Of a stretch of DNA of 38,646 bases, positions 36,965-38,646 are shown one piece after another. The notes beneath the pieces are model-generated. The model was not told the origin of the DNA, ran no database searches, and saw only the letters and a program-made list of their open reading frames with translations. Source of the stretch: Priapulus caudatus (Eukaryota). The translations under genes were made by a program, and so were the position numbers. The stretch is from the NCBI RefSeq assembly GCF_000485595.1, contig NW_014577090.1:134978-173623 (forward strand), read 5' to 3'. Every line of letters starts with the position of its first letter. The stretch's first letter is position 1.

Positions 36965-37178
36965 ACTGTACCTTCCTATGTTCACCGGCTTCGGTGCGTC
37001 ATTCTGTTCCTTCCGTTATGTTCACTTCTGACATCAGTCTGTTCCTTTATCTGCATGTTCACTTCTAACGTCATTCTGTTCTTTTATTTATGTTCACTTT
37101 CGTTGTCATTCTGATTTCTGGCCCTTCTTCTGTTCACTTCTGTCTTCCTTTTCTTCCTTCTTCTGTTCACTTCTGTCA
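36965..37178. repeat. degenerate 33-41-bp tandem repeat anchored on TGTTCAC
   Basis: TGTTCAC recurs at about 36979, 37019, 37056, 37091, 37131 and 37164, with CATTCTGTTC-like motifs between several copies. Confidence 0.7.
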
Positions 37179-37466
37179 TCTATATTTCGCGGGCATTACC
37201 CGCCCGTCGATAACGTCATGTCGTCGGCACGCTTACGATTGTCGACGCAATCGATGCTTTTTTTACGCTACCGTATATATTTTATATTGTTTTTGTCATA
37301 CATTTATACTACTCTATAACGTTTTTAAGAAGAGAGAGAGTGAGTGGTGGGGAAGGAGATAGAGCGGGAGAGGAAAAAGAGAACATGCGGGAGAGAGCGA
37401 TATGGGGAGTGAGTGCGACAGAGGAGAGAGCGATGAAGAATGAAAGATAAAGCGAGAGATGGAGAA

Positions 37467-37500
<34 letters not shown>

Positions 37501-38047
37501 AAAAAAAATAGGAAGAGGCAGAGGGAGAGAAATAGGGTGAAAGTGCAGAGTAAGAGAACAATGCGACCTTCACTACTGCACGCTGTCCTTCCCACGCACA
37601 CGCTCATTGTTTACGGCTTCTTACATCTTCAGCCGAAACTTTTTACTTAATGATTATCGTTTATCCGCACTGGTGCTATTGTCAAATTTCCCGGTAGTTG
37701 TTCACCTCGTTGTGAAAAAAGCACGGACGTAAATCAATAGCGTATATCCGTGTATAGTTATAGTTATCACTTGTTAATTTTTCGCGTGAGTAGCACATCC
37801 GCCCGTTCGTTCTTTAATTATTCATTCATTTATTCTTTCTTTCATCAATTCATCAATCCATCCATCAATCCATCCTTTCATCCAACCTTCTATCCATACT
37901 TTCATTCGTTTATATATTATACGTCCGTCTCTTTGTCTGTCTGTCTCTTTGTCTGTCTGTACGTATGTATGTCTATCCATCGCATAACGGCACGCGTGTA
38001 CTAGTATTTGCGTATCTGCGTACGCATGCGTGTGTGGGCCAGTGTGA

Positions 38048-38050
38048 ACA

Positions 38051-38128
<78 letters not shown>
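38048..38128. repeat. (CA)n microsatellite
   Basis: Directly visible. Confidence 0.95.
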
Positions 38129-38129
<1 letters not shown>

Positions 38130-38493
38130 CCACGCGCCTATAGGTTTCATTCATTCCTCTGCAATGATATTAAAATGAAGCCGGCTGGCTACCAGGCAGC
38201 GAATATCGATCGCGCGGTGCAATGTCTATTACGTGTCGTTCGTTGCCGTTCTAATCGGCAGGCAAATCGTGGCGCAGGCTGCGCGCCGATCGCTCGGAAC
38301 ACCTTACCTGGCTGGCAATGCTCATCAGGTGAGTGGCCTAATGCGTCTTGCCGCCCCGTCTATAAGCACCTGTACTAATTGCGATCAGAGGGTGGCCGCC
38401 ATCTAGCAACGGCGTCAGCGAAAACCCAGGAATCATGCGAGCGAGCTAGCTAAGACGTCCAGAGTGTACCTATGATATATATATATATATTAT

Positions 38494-38534
38494 CAAGAGC
38501 GTATAAAGAAGGTGTACTTCTTTATACGCTCTTG
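38494..38534. mobile_element. 41-bp palindrome; P-superfamily-like footprint or mini-MITE, copy 3
   Basis: CAAGAGCGTATAAAGAAG-GTGTA-CTTCTTTATACGCTCTTG has perfect 18-bp arms and an exact 7-bp direct repeat ATATTAT on both sides (38487-38493 and 38535-38541), within (TA)n. Confidence 0.7.
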
Positions 38535-38538
38535 ATAT

Positions 38539-38574
<36 letters not shown>

Positions 38575-38646
38575 CGCGCGTGCGTGCGTGCGTGCGTGCG
38601 TGCGGGTCGTGCGTGCGGGCGGCGTGCGGGCGTGCGTGCGTGCGTG

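Larger units (their letters stand above)
5905..38646 (+). other. probable large intron of the GABA-B receptor gene (no downstream exon seen)
   Basis: Starts with GTGAGT. I found by eye no AG-preceded exon encoding the expected C-D-P-G-like continuation, although one could be hidden in an N-gap. Confidence 0.6.

Overview
Eukaryotic (invertebrate-type) genomic DNA, very rich in microsatellites, from a draft assembly with N-gaps and apparently error-rich long-read fills. The only well-supported coding sequence is the first coding exon (5233-5904, +) of a GABA-B receptor-like class C GPCR. It encodes a signal-like segment, a long low-complexity N-terminal extension and the start of the Venus flytrap domain (LYIGGLFELS...ELAAAELAIDHVN...LPGYVLDMFTNDTR), resembling arthropod GABA-B-R3, and ends at a phase-0 GTGAGT donor. 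A strong acceptor at 4523 implies an upstream non-coding exon. I found no second exon, so the remaining ~32.7 kb is probably one large intron containing micro- and minisatellites, MITEs, a Helentron/DINE-like element, a diverged inverted repeat pair and several indel-ridden duplications next to short N-gaps that are likely assembly artefacts. The most unusual signal is three ~40-bp CAAGAG...CTCTTG hairpins (654, 26202, 38494) in TA-rich tracts with 7-8 bp TSD-like flanks. They resemble P-element-superfamily excision footprints or minimal MITEs that prefer TA repeats. All alignments were done by eye and no database search was run.
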